From the NCBI RefSeq assembly GCF_030144855.1, contig NC_082731.1, positions 26,598,001 through 26,662,000 on the forward strand: 64,000 nt of DNA, read 5' to 3'. This DNA comes from Hypanus sabinus. Lineage: Eukaryota. Both the position numbers and the translations under genes were made by a program. Positions 23,822 to 36,209 of this stretch are shown in pieces; the stretch's first letter is position 1; each line of letters begins with the position of its first letter. The notes under the pieces are model-generated. The model was not told where the DNA came from, made no database searches, and worked only from the letters and a program-made list of their open reading frames with translations.

Positions 23822-24245
23822 CCTGCCCGCGCTGTCTCTGCTCCGCTCCTATTACGCGCCAAACCTGGGTCCTCCAGGCCAGCCAAACACTCCGAAAGCA
23901 TCAAGACAGTTCCTCCAGCTCACCGAATCGCACTCCGAGAGCATCGAGCGAGGTCCTCCAGCTCACCCAATCGCACTCCGAGAGTGTGGATTACCGTCTT
24001 CCGGAGAGCTCGATCACATTTCGAGATTGTCGATTCTAGCCCCCCACTCCACCCCACTCAGTTCGCCGATCTGTCTTCCAATACGCCCAACAGCCCTCCA
24101 AGATAGTCAATGCCAGCCCTCCATTCCGCTTAACCACAGTTCGAGAACGCCGATCGGTCTTCCAGTCCGCGTAACAACACTCCGACAGCGTCGATTGCGG
24201 CGTTCCAGCCCATCAAATCGGCCCCGGAACCAAGATCGAGCCAAT
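23822..24245 (-). promoter_or_regulatory. CpG-rich FEN1 promoter/5' UTR with an E2F-type site (TTTGGCGCG, minus strand, 23855-23863)
   Basis: CpG-dense stretch directly upstream of the ATG in an otherwise CpG-poor window. The TTTSSCGC consensus match lies about 35 nt from the ATG. A roughly 31-bp direct repeat occurs at about 23910 and 23954. Confidence 0.6.
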
Positions 24246-24253
24246 TCAAATGG

Positions 24254-24560
24254 AACATAGTACAGCACAGTACAGGCCCTTCGGCCCACAATGTTGTGCC
24301 GACCCTTAAACCCTGCCTCCCATATAACCCCCTCCCCACTTTAAATTCCTCCATATACCTGTCTCATCGTCTCTTAAATTTCACTAGTGTATCTGCCTCC
24401 ACCACTGACTCAGGCAGTGCATTCCACGCACCAACCTCTAGTATCCCCCTTGAACTTCACACCCCATACCTTAAACCCATGTCCTCTTGTATTGAGCAGT
24501 GGTGCCCTGGGGAAGAGGCGCTGGCTGTCCACTCTACCTATTCCTCTTAATATCTTGTAT
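24254..24560 (-). mobile_element. CR1 LINE 3' end
   Basis: Reverse complement of the GGGCCGAAGGGCCTGTACTGTGCTGTACTATGTT tail also seen at 29160-29205 and 57300-57350. Confidence 0.75.
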
Positions 24561-25169
24561 ACTCTATCATGTATTCCTCCTCAATCGTCTCCCTACTGCA
24601 GGGTCAAGTTCTTCAGCCAGCTTTGTACCCTGGAGTGGATGCAGGTATGGCCTATCCATGTGTATTACGCAGGAAACACGTGTTCACTCCCAACACTATA
24701 GCCAAAATTTGTAAAGCAGGGGAACAGAATCATTGTCAAATTTATTATAACTGACGTATGTTGTTAGATTGTTACTATGCAAGAAATAAAAATTACTATA
24801 AGCTCATTCATTCATAATGGAAAGTGGTCTTTCCATTATCATGACCATATGGCAAGTGGTTGCCATTGCCTCCTTCTAGGCAGTGTCTTTACAAAGCGGG
24901 TGACTCCAGCCATTATCATTAATGTTCAGAGATTGTCTGTCTGGTGTCAGTGGACACATAACCAGGACTTGTGCCATGTACCAGTTCCTCGTACGACCAT
25001 CCACCACCTGCTCCCACGGCTTCACCCTGATTGGGAGGGGCTGAGCAGGTGCTACACTTTGCTCAAGGGTGACCTGCAGGCTAGAGAGGAGGAGTGCTTT
25101 GCACCTCCTTTAGTACAAAAATATCTTCGCCTGGCCATCTATACTAAATCGTACAAAACCAATAAATAG

Positions 25170-27720
25170 TGTGGTAGACTGATAACAAGGTAGTGTTCAT
25201 AGGTTCAAACACCATTTAGAAATCTGATGATAGGGAAAGAGCTGTTCCTAAATTGTTGAGTGAGGGTCTTCAAGCTCCTGTACCTTCTCCCCAGTAATGA
25301 GAAGAGGGCATGCCCCGGTTGAGGGTTCTTAATGATGGGTGCCATCTTCATGAGGCACCATCACTTGAATGTGTGGAGAGTTGTGCCTGGGATGGAGCTG
25401 GCAGAGTCTACAGTCCTCTGCAGCGTCTTGACCACATGCACTGGAGTCTCATTTCGAGGCTGTGATGTAACCAGCAGAATGCTCTCCACGGTACATCTGC
25501 AGAAATTTGCTAGGATCTTCGGAGACACTATATTGGAGAAAGGCCAATTCTGGCTGGTATCAGAAAGGATCTGGTAAGTGTGAAATGGGACAGGATGTTT
25601 TCCTGCAAAGGCATGAAAAGTGGGAAGCCTCCAAAAGTGAAATTTTGAGAGTTCAGTTTGTATGATTCTGGCAACAAATTGCACAGAATCACCACTCTCT
25701 GGCTAAAGAAATTTCTCCTAATATCTGTTCTAAAAGGATATCCCTCTATTCTGAGGCTGTGTCCTCTGATCCTTGACTCTCCAATAGGAAACATCCTCTC
25801 CACATCCACTCTATTGAGGCATTTCAAGATTTAATAGTTTTCTATGAGGCTATCCCTCATTCTTCAGAATTCCATTGAATACAAGGCCCAAACCCATCAA
25901 ACGCTCTTCATATGATGAGCTGTTCAATCCTGGGATCATTTTTGTGAAATTCCTTTGAACCCTCCCCAGTGTCAGCACATCTTTTCAAAGATTACGGGCC
26001 CAAAACTGCTCACAACACTCCAAGTGAGATCTCAGTAGTGCTTTATAAAGCCTCAACATTGCATCCTTGTTGTACTGTTGTATAAGACAGGCTCTAAGAA
26101 TGAGCCAAAAAATTATAAGCCGGTGACCCTGACATCAGTAGTGGATATTGTAAGGGACCAGATATATAGGTATTTGGAGAGACAGGAACTTATTAGAGAT
26201 GGTCAATATTGCTTTGTTCACATCTAACCAATCATATGGAGTTTTTCAAGGAGATTACAGGGAAATTAATGAGGGAAGTGCAGTGACTGTTGTTTACATG
26301 GTTTTTAACAAGAGGTTTGACAAGGTCCCGCGTAGGATGTTGGTCAAGAATGTTCAGTTGCTTGGCATTCAGGATAAGGTCGTATATGGTATTGACAATC
26401 AGTTTTGTGGGAGAAGCCAGGGAGTGGCAGCAGATGGTTCTGGAGGCCTTTCTAGAGTCTGTTTACAGGGACTGCTGCGGTCTCTTATCGTTTGTCATCC
26501 ATATCAACGATCTTGATTATAATGTGGGAAACCTAATCGGCAGATTTGCTGTTGACACAAAGACTGGGAAGGTAGTGGACAGCAAGGAAGGCTATCCAAT
26601 CTTGAAATGGGACCTGGACCAGCTGGAGAAATAGGCTGAAAATTGGCAAGTGGAGTTTAATGCAGACAAGTGTGAGATGTTGTCCTGTGGGAGGACAAAC
26701 CAGGGTCAGACCGACACAGTGACGGGAAGGACACAGGAGTGCACTGGAACGGGGGATCTGGGAATGCAGATCCGGAATTCCTTGAAAGTGGTGTCACAGG
26801 TAGGTAGGTAGGATAAAGAGAGCTTTCGGCACATTGGCCTTCACAAATCAAAGAATTGCGTACAGGAGTTGGGATGTTAAGAATCATAGAAATCTACAGC
26901 ACATTACAACCCACAATATTGTGCTGCCCATTTAACCTACTCTAGAAAATGCCTAGTGTTATCCTGTCACATAGCTCTCCATTTTTCTTAGCTCAATGTA
27001 CCTATCTAAGTCCCTTAAACCCTATTGTATCCACCTCCAGCAGTGTATTCCACCCGCCACTCTCTGTGAGAAAAACTTACCCCTGACATCCCCTCTGTAC
27101 CTACTTCCAAGCACCTTAAAACTATGCACTCTCGTGCTCGTTATTTCAGCCCTGGGAGAAAGCCTCTGACTATCCACACGATCAATGCCCCTCATCGTCT
27201 CATACACCTCTATCAGGTCACCTCGCATCCTCTGTCACTCCAGGAAGAAAAAGCATTCTGTTCTGAAAGGCACGCTCTCCAATCCAGACAGCATCCTTGT
27301 AAATCTCCAATGCATTCTCCCTATAGTATCCACATCCTTCCTGTAGTAAAGTGACCAGAAATGAACAAGTGGGGTCTAACTGAGGTCTAATATAGCTTTA
27401 ACAACACCTCCTGCCTCTTGAACTCAATCCCAGGAATGCCATCTCAGCATACGTCTTCTTAACAACACTGTCAACTTGTGCAGCAACTTTGAGTGTCCTG
27501 TGGACACAGACCCCAAGATCTTGCTGATCCTCCACACTGCCAAGAGTCTTACCATTAACATTATATTCTGCCTTCCAATTTGAGCTACCGAAATGAACCA
27601 CTTCACACTTATCTGTGTTGAACTCCATCTGCCACTTCTCGGCCCAGTTCTACATCCTATCGATGTCCCGCTCTAACCTCTGACAACTCTTCAGACTATC
27701 AACAACACCCCCAGCTTTTG
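25170..27720. mobile_element. Nested LINE debris: Rex/L2-like (-, about 25170-25520), CR1 (-, about 25660-26070), CR1 (+, about 26100-26880), CR1 (-, about 26880-27720)
   Basis: CR1 RT motifs VVYMVFNKRFDKVP, MEFNTDKCEVVH and RGDLIEVY appear in the ORF track, with many stops and frameshifts. Confidence 0.8.
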
Positions 27721-27889
27721 TGTCATCAGCAGACTTACTAACCCACCCCTTCTCTTCCTCATCCAGGTCATTTATAAAGAATTATAAAAAAAACCATGCT
27801 ATGTTGAAGTTGACTAAAACATCGGTGAGGCCAAAAGTGGCGTTTAATGTGCGGTTCTGGTCACAAACCTTCAGGAAAGTTATCAGTAA

Positions 27890-28250
27890 GATTGCCCATC
27901 CCCATTTCCCTCTCTCACCTTATCTCCTTACCTGCCTAACACCTCCCTCTGGAGCTCCTCCCCCCTTTTCTTTCTTCCATGGACTTCTGTCCTCTCCTAT
28001 CAGATTCCCCCTTCTCCAGCCCTGTATCTTTCACCAATCAACTTCCCAGCTCTTTGTTTCACCAATCCGCCCCCCTCCTGGTTTCACCTATCACCTTGTG
28101 GTTCTTCCTCCCCTCCTTCACTTTCTTGCTCTGACTCCTCATCTTTTATCAAGTCCTGCTGAAGGGTCTCAGCCCGAAACGTCGAATGTACTCCTATCCA
28201 TAGGTGCTGCCTGAAATGTCTGTGTGTTATTTTGGATTTCCAGCATCTGC
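27890..28250 (+). mobile_element. Penelope-like terminal fragment
   Basis: A pyrimidine-rich tract followed by GTCCTGCTGAAGGGTCTCAGCCCGAAACGTCG, as in the 22190-23340 element. Confidence 0.65.
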
Positions 28251-28769
28251 TTGCTCCCCACAACAGTTTTCCTGACTGGGTGAGGGTACATTCTAGAGCT
28301 ACGTTATTTTCCTTCTACAGTCTCTCTGCTGTCTCCTACTCTGACCTGCAGTTCCCCACATGATGCCCCGCGTATATTCTGGAAGGGGAAACATTTTAGA
28401 CACCTCTGAGGTATTCCAACAGTTAAAAACTGCCTCCAGCATTTCCTTCTCCCATGCTCTAACCATTTTCCTCAGAACCCGCTATATGCCGCTGTATGTA
28501 CAGGGTCACTGGGATCAAGTGTTTCCAACATGTTTCTAAATTCATCGGTGCTATGAGACTCTATAGTTCTAAATATTTCAATGTGATGTTAATCCATACA
28601 GCCCTTGGAACACCATCCATATACAGGACACAAATGCAGTCCAGTGTCCTCCTTTCTGCCAGTAACATTTGTGTGACTCATCTGTTGAGTCCCCCCTGTT
28701 ATTACCAATAACGGTCAATATTGCATTCCTGTGCATGCACATTATAATCAGTCTCCTTTCCTCAGCATC

Positions 28770-29205
28770 AGCAAGACTGTGTATTGCTCTCTGCTAACTA
28801 ATTGGCTGGAACGTGGAATCACCCAGGTTGAGTGAACTTGGCCTTTTCTTCTTGGAGTGACAGAGGATGAGAGGTGACCTGATAGAGGTGTTGTAGGTGA
28901 TGGGAGGCATTGGTCGTGTGGATAGTCAGGGGTTTTTTTCCCAGGGCTGAAATGACTAGCACAAGAGAGCATAGTTGATGTCAGGGGTAAGAGTTTTACG
29001 CAGAGAGTGGTGAGTGCGTGGAATGGGCTACCGGCAACAGTGGTGGAGCGGAAATGATAGGGTCTTTTAACAGACTTCTGGATCAGAACATGGAGCTTAG
29101 AAAAATGGAGGGCTATGGGTAAGCCTAGGTAATTTATAAGAACATGTTCGGCTCAGCTTTGTGGGCCGAAGGGCCTGCATTTTGCTGTAGGTTTTCTATG
29201 TTTCT
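28770..29205 (+). mobile_element. CR1 LINE 3' end
   Basis: RMRGDLIEV-coding stretch, 3' UTR and (TTCTATGT)n tail. Confidence 0.8.
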
Positions 29206-31039
29206 ATCCCCAGGCATATACGCCCGGATATCCCCAGCAATGTCCCTCGGCTGCTGTACTCCCAATGCAGAAGTGAGGACTCTGAACCACATCTGGGCCA
29301 TAATAGAGAAGACTGCCAAGGACAGACGTTGCTGCCTTAAACGCCAGCGGTGTAACAGGCTGTAAGTAAGTAAGCTATACCCTGGACGGGGTAATATATG
29401 TTATATTCTGGATTTGGTTTCCTGTCCTGGCGCCCCCGCCCCCAATAGTAACTGGAGGGTGCCAATCATGCCAACAGTAGCACCTGCTCCTTTCGGTTGC
29501 CTGTCGGCAGGGAATCCTCATGTGGAGGCTCCTGGTCGGCTTATCCGTTACATCATTCCAATCCATATCTCCATCTTCATTCTCCTCCAATCAAGAGCAC
29601 ATATAATTCCTCGCTGTGCGGCAAGTTGGTCCAGCAGCATTAGTGTCAGCTTTAAACACTTTGCGGGATCTCCAGTGCTGAGTTTCTTTTCATGTACTGA
29701 TTTCTATGTCAGATTCATAGCTGTCTTTAAATCCCTGCACTGCTTCCTCAACCCTCCATTTCGGCCTTAGCCACCTGGTCTTCTTCTTCGCTTTTTTTTT
29801 AACCAGTTTTTCACACAGTAACTGAAACTGGGACACACATAAATATCAGATCCATAATCCTCTGCCTCTATAAATCAGTAAGTTTCTCTTTAAAGTTTTC
29901 CACCTCATCGTGGAGCCTTTTGATTTCCTCTTTTAATCTGCTCCACTCTACTTTAGTTTTCTGCCGACATTCCAGAAGTTTCTTTGCTCATCTGTCCTGT
30001 TCACTTTAACTTACTGCCAATATTCGAGGTTTTCCTCTTCTGATCTTTCTCACTGTAATTTAACTCTCTATCTACATTCTGTCCAATGCTCGATTAAATT
30101 ATTTGAATTCCTGGTTTCACAATTTCTCTTCAGCAATCTTCCAAAGAGCGTCCCCCGTGGTTTTCCCTTCACTTCCAGTACAACCAGCATACTCCCCGTA
30201 ATGAGGCCATTTCCCTCCAATCAAAACAATCCCAGCCTTCTGGACTTGCAGGCCTCCCTGATTTCTTCATCCAGAGAGAGTTACAGCTACCCCAGCCTCA
30301 GACCTCGCTGTACCTCGCCAGTGCAGTCTGACTCAACAGGGAGATTTATCCTCGAGTGCCCACCTGGGGATGCAAATTCTGTGATAAGGATAACCCCTTA
30401 ATAATAATGATCAGTTAGGCACAGAGATACTTTTCATTTAATGACAAGTACCTTTCTTGGCTCAGTTCACAATTTGTGAATTTACACAACCTGTGTACAC
30501 ACCTACTGACTTTCCCTAACCCTCCAAGAGAAAAGTTACTACTGAAGTAAAAATGCCTGTGCTGGCCAGGTATTCCTCGTGGTCCCAGTTTCATCTCCAC
30601 ATGCCTATTGTGCAGCCCTCCACATCTGCTGTGGTTGGTCTCAGGAGAGTTGTCACTGCCTGCGCTCCCCAAATCCTCTTTCTTTATACTTATTCTTATA
30701 AGGTCAGTCTATGACATTGGCTCGAGGGCATCTGAATTACCTGATTCTAATTGGATGCAGACCAGAGCTACAAGCAGTATTGTGTTAGACCTTTGCCTTC
30801 AACTGCACCTTTTGGTGACTTCTTTTGCTATATTCAACTCTGACTGGGTCAAACCAGTCAAACTGGGGCACCCAGATGCTGGGCCCGAAAGGCAAAATCT
30901 ACCATTTTGCACAATAAACAGCTTCTTATCTGCTCCCAGGATTAGCAGATCACTTGCAGTAACTCCTTATGGCCATGGTCAAATACACTGATTAAGTTAT
31001 CCCAGAGCAAGAATCAATTCATCAAGCAGTTCACAAAAT

Positions 31040-31760
31040 GGCGCCTACAAGGAGCAGACATCTCATCTCTCCCGGAAGTTCCGGGAGTCTCCCACATATT
31101 GATAGCGACTCCCTGACGCCCGCAAATGATATACAATATCCTGGAAGTCAACTTTTTTGAGAGGGAGAGGGAGAGGAAGAGCGAAAGTGAGAGGGAGCAT
31201 CCTGATTGGTCTCTCTTCGTGCTATCAGTTTTCTCTAAGGGCGGGCTTTACAGTCAACCTCAAAAGTAATGACAGTGTTGCTCTCTGCACTGTTTGCAAC
31301 AGTGACTTTTCTATTGCTCATCTTGGGTTAAAATGTAAAAGACACGTTGAGGTGAGTTTAACAGGTGTCATTCGTTTATTAGCATAGTTAACGCTATTTA
31401 CACTAGCTGGCTAGCTGCTAAGGAGCTGCTCTATTGATGTCCTACATGATGAGGCCAAACACCCTGTAGGCTTCCTTAAAGTCGTAACAGAATAAAAAAA
31501 TGACTCCATGATAATATAAGTACATATTTGAATGTCACTTTTTCTGTATATACCCAACATGGTATACAGATTAGACAAAATCACTAAACAAAGTATTACA
31601 TACACCCTTGGAGGTCAACCGGGGGGGGGGGGGGGGGTAAGGGGTTGCAGGGGGTCAGGGTGCTATCTCCCTGAAATGGTGATGCTACCCCCTGAAATGA
31701 GTTTTTGCAGGGTAGGATGTCTGAAGGAGTCTCACAAAATGCCCCCCCATTCTTGTTCAC
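31040..31760 (+). mobile_element. Probable DNA-transposon remnant with a BED-like zinc-finger fragment
   Basis: The ORF at 31157-31387 contains ALCTVCNSDFSIAHLGLKCKRHVE (CxxC...H), reminiscent of hAT N-terminal BED fingers. No TIR pair was established. Confidence 0.4.
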
Positions 31761-32059
31761 TGATGGTAGTTCTTACAGCCAACAAAATCAAACTTGCATT
31801 TCTGCTGGCAGATCATTCCACAGTCTCACCAACCTCTGAAAGAACAAGTTTTCCCCTCATGTTCCCCTTAACATTTCACCTTTCACCCTTAACCCATGAT
31901 CTTTATTTCTAGTCTCACCCAAACTCTATGGAAAAAAGCTGATTGCATTTACCTATCTTTACCCCTCATAATTTTGTATACCTCTATCAAATCTTCCTTC
32001 AAAACTTTAAGGAATAAATGCCTAAACTCTTCAAAATTTCCCTATAACTTATGTCCTCA

Positions 32060-32780
32060 AATCCGGGCAACATTGAATGGGGATGGAGAATGATGAAGGG
32101 GGAGGGGCACAATACCGGAAATTCAAGAAATCAATGTTGGAGGCTACTCAAGTGGAATATGAGGTATTGCTCCTCCAACCTGAGTGTGGCCTCATTATGA
32201 CAGCAGAGGAGGCCATGGACTGACATGTTGGAATGGGAAGTAGAATTATAATGAGTGGCCACCGGGAGATTCCGCTTTTTCTGGTGGATGGACCATAGTG
32301 CATCTCTGTACGTCTTTCACCAATCAACATTCCAGCTCTTTACTTTACCCCTCCCCACCCCCCTGGTTGCACCTATCACCTTGTGGTTGTTTCTCCCTCC
32401 TCCCCCCACCCCATTGTCTTATGGTGACACCTCATCTTTTTTTCCAGTCCTGATGAAGTGTCTCGGCCTGCAACCCCACCAAGGATAAGGTTCCTCTTGT
32501 CCTCACCTACCACCACACCAGCTTCTGCATCCGAAACATAACTTCCACCATCTCCAATGGGACCCCACCACCAAGTACCTCTCCCCCTTCCCCTCCCACC
32601 CCACTTTCTGCTCTTCAGAGGGATCGCTCCCTACGTGACTGCCTTGTCCATTTGTTCCTCCCCACTGACCTCCCTCCTGGCACTTATCCTTGCAAGCAGA
32701 ACAAGTGCTACAACTGCCCCTACACCTCCTCCTCCACTACCATTTAGGGGCTCCAGATAGTTCTAGGTGAGTCGACACTT
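32060..32780. mobile_element. Penelope-like fragments in inverted arrangement
   Basis: A minus-strand endonuclease-region fragment (about 32080-32300), a plus-strand terminus (to about 32470) and a plus GIY-YIG-upstream fragment, all similar to 22500-23000. Confidence 0.65.
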
Positions 32781-34009
32781 CTCTGACTGAAAATAGCAAT
32801 TGTTTTGTACTTGAGGATCAAGTTGCGCTTCTGGTGATGTAGTTTTGGCTCGGGTAATTTTCTGAATCCCCAGCACCATCAGCACATTTCCAAATTATTG
32901 CTGTGTGGTTCTTGGATTTTTTGGGCAATAACAATTTTTGCATATAACATTATCTCAGCTCCAACACCCAACATGAATTCACCACACTCATTTTCATTCA
33001 GTGTGCTTACATATTGGACATTTGTTTTGTTCTATCAGGGTGACAAAGTACTGTGTGGAAGGAGTTAGTCATTGCTTGACTTTGGGGTTATGTTCACTTC
33101 TGTTAATCAACAAAATTTTTGTTGATTTAGTTGTTGAAACTGAGCTTTCGGGTCAGCATCCTTCAAAACTGTGGAACTGGTGGTTGAACTTGTGTCCATT
33201 GACATTTCTTTCTGGTCCTGTCTATAATTTTTAGTCTAGTGTCCCATTCTACCACCGTAATGCTCTATTTGGGTCTTGGACTCGCTCATTCTTTAGCCAA
33301 TAGGTAGTCCCACTCGACCGTCCAGGCTTCACTCCACATTAGCCACAGATTCCATTAACTGGTTGCATGACGTTCCTGGGAAGTTCAATCGTATGCTTCA
33401 AAGTGTTCTTCGTATTCAGAAATGTCCTCAGAATTTGTCTTCTTACAACTGAGTACCTCTCCGAGTCCACTGGTGTTGGGGTTTGTTCAAACAACCACAT
33501 CTTAGTAGCATTCCTCCCACTTTGTAGGTTTTGTTTATTTCCCACGTCAGCACCACTTTCAGGCATCAGTTGATTGTCTTGCTGAAGAGGTAGCATGATA
33601 GCCAGAGCCACGATTCTTAACGTGCTGAAGTTCAGTTTAGGACTTCTAGCTTCCTAAAGTGGGACTTCTTGGGGTCATCTATCAATTTCTCAGGTTTGGT
33701 AGGTATGTGAGAAAACACATGTCTTCTTTTATTCAACCTGTCTTCATTCCTGCACGACTTAACTTGCTTGGCCTTTAATGGAGCAAGTTAGGACATGGCT
33801 GTCAATCCGGTTTTCCTCATCATTGTTTGAATCGCTAGGGGTCACTTTTATGTCAGTCCTGTTTAGTTGCAACTCCCCGAAGTTCAAATCGAGATGCTGC
33901 TTTGGGTTATTGTCTGTTGTAGGGGGTTGTCCAAAGAGGGAGAATCAGTGACAGGACGGCTCCTCTGAGGATCTTAGTGCTTCCCTATACTCTGCCTCAA
34001 AGGAGCTGG

Positions 34010-34690
34010 TGGTGGACTACAGGAGGAATGGAGACAGGCTAACCCCGATTGATATCAATGGAACTGAGAGTGAACAGCTTTAAGTTCCTCGGCATACACA
34101 TCACTGAGGATCTCACATGGATTGTACATACCATGTTGTGAAAAAGCACAATAACATCTCTTTCACCTCAGCCAGTTGGAGAAGTTTGGTATTGGCCCCC
34201 AAATCCTAAGAACTTTCTACAGGGGCACAACTGAGCGCATCCTGACTGGCTGCACCACTACCTGGTATGGGAACTGTACTTCCCTCAATCGCAGGTCTCT
34301 GCAGAGAGTGGTGCGGACAGCCCAGCGCATCTGTAATTGTGAGCTTCCACTATTCAGGACATCTACAAAGACAGGTGTGTAAAAAGGGCCCAAAGGATCA
34401 TTGGGGAGTCACTCACAAACCGTTCCAGCTGCTACCATCCGGGAAATGGTACCACAGTATAAAAGGCCGGACCAACAGGCTCCAGGACAGCTTCTTCCAC
34501 CAGGTCATCAGCTGATTAACTCACAGTGATACCATTGTATTTCTATGCTGTATTGACTGTCCTGTTGTACATAGTATTTATTACAAACTACTATAAATTG
34601 TACGTTGCATATTGAGATGGAGACGTAACAAGGTTTTTACTCCTCATCTATATGAAGGACATAAGTAATAAAGTCAATTCAATCAATTCC
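34010..34690 (+). mobile_element. Rex1/L2-like LINE 3' part
   Basis: FKFLGIHITEDL..., LRTFYRGTTERILTGCTTTWYG and LLPSGKWYHSIK..TNRLQDSFFHQ, followed by an AATAAAG tail. Confidence 0.75.
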
Positions 34691-35250
34691 CAGTTTTCTC
34701 TGAGCATTGTCTAGTTTGCTTCAGCTCTGTCAGAACTCTCCAGTAATTCATAGACCTTTCGATGTTTTTTACTTTCTTCATTCAACTGACCTTGTACTTT
34801 GTCACAATTCTCTTTTTCCTTGTTCAGGTAACAACACTACCTATTCTTTAGATTTCTCTATCACAATAACTTTGTAAATGACCATGTTCTCTCTTTCTTA
34901 GTTATGAACAATTGCCAATGTTCTGTGCGTTACTGCATTTCCAGCGTCTCTTGTGTTTATGTTAACAGCAATCATGTTTCCTTCTTTCCCGCAGTCATTC
35001 TCGGGATTTTTTCCCATGCCTTTTTAATATCATGTAGCAACCAGATTTCTTTTGATTCAGCACCGATAGAATATTTCACTCTGATGTCTCCGCCAGTCCT
35101 ATCTAGCTGGAAAGCCTTACTTAAATAAGAATTCAAGTCCTAAGTCATCTACTCACATATAACAACTGGAGGTTCAGTTCTTCTTTCCCTCTCTGGTAAA
35201 TTTCTTCTCTAATATGCCCCTGGCTCTGATTCTCCTCCTATTGCAGCATA

Positions 35251-36205
35251 CAGTGCCTATAAAATGTATTCATATCCCCCCCCCCCCACCCATGGAATCA
35301 CAGTGGATTTAATTTGGCTTTTTGACATTAATCTACAGAGAAAGACTCCTTCGTATCAAAGTGAAAACAGACCTCTGCAAGGCGATTTAAACTAATTACA
35401 AATATAAAACACAAAATAATTGATTGCATAAGTATTTGTCCCTCTGTAATATGACACATCAAATCATCACCGGTGCAGCAAATTGGCTTTAAAGTCACAT
35501 AATTAGTTAAATGGAGATCTGATTTTGGAGACCTGTGCACAGTCAAGGGCATTGTAGTAAAAATACACCTGTATTCGAAGGTCCAACTGCTGGTGAGTCA
35601 GTACCCTGGGCACAAACTACAGCATGAAGAGAAAAGAACAGTCCAAGCAACTCTGTAAAAAGGTTATTGAAAAGCATGACTCAGGAGATGGGTACAAAAA
35701 TATTTTCAAGTCACTGAATATCCCCAGGAGTAAGGTTAAATCAATCATCAAGAAATGGAAAGAATATAGCACAGCTGTAAACCTGCCTAGAGTAGGCCGT
35801 GCTGAAAAACTGAGTGACTGTGCAAGAAGGGGGTGAGTGAGGGAGGCCACCAAAAGGCCTATGACAACTCTGGAGGAATTATAAGCTTCAGTGGCTGAGA
35901 AGGCAGAGACTGCGGATACAACAACTGTTGCCCGGGTGCTTTACCAGTTGCAGCTTTATGGGAGAGTGGCAAAGAGAAAGCCACTGTTGAAAAGAGCTCA
36001 GATGAAATCTCAGATAGAGTTTGCCAGAAGGCATGTGGGAGACTCTGATGTCAGTGGGAAAAAGATTCTATGGTCTGATGAAACCAAAATTGAGCTTTTT
36101 GTCTATCAGTCTAAATGTTATGCTTGGCATAAGCCAAACACTGCACATCATCAAAAACACACTATCCCTACCCTGAAGTATGGTGGTGGTTGCATTACAC
36201 AGTGG
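35251..36205 (+). mobile_element. Tc1/mariner transposon, left half (degenerate transposase), truncated by CR1
   Basis: TA + CAGTGCCTATAAAA left end; a paired-like HTH (GDGYKNIFKSLNIPRSKVKSIIKKWKE); the WSDETKIELF motif (first D of DDE) and PTLKYGGG. Confidence 0.9.
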
Positions 36206-36209
36206 CGCT

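Noticed and set aside
29375-35230. Non-repetitive-looking stretches with short ORFs (29.4-30.3 kb, 32.8-34.0 kb, 34.7-35.2 kb) as exons of a third gene
   Set aside because: There is no consistent exon chain or recognisable motif. Composition suggests old retroelement debris, but I could not assign a family.
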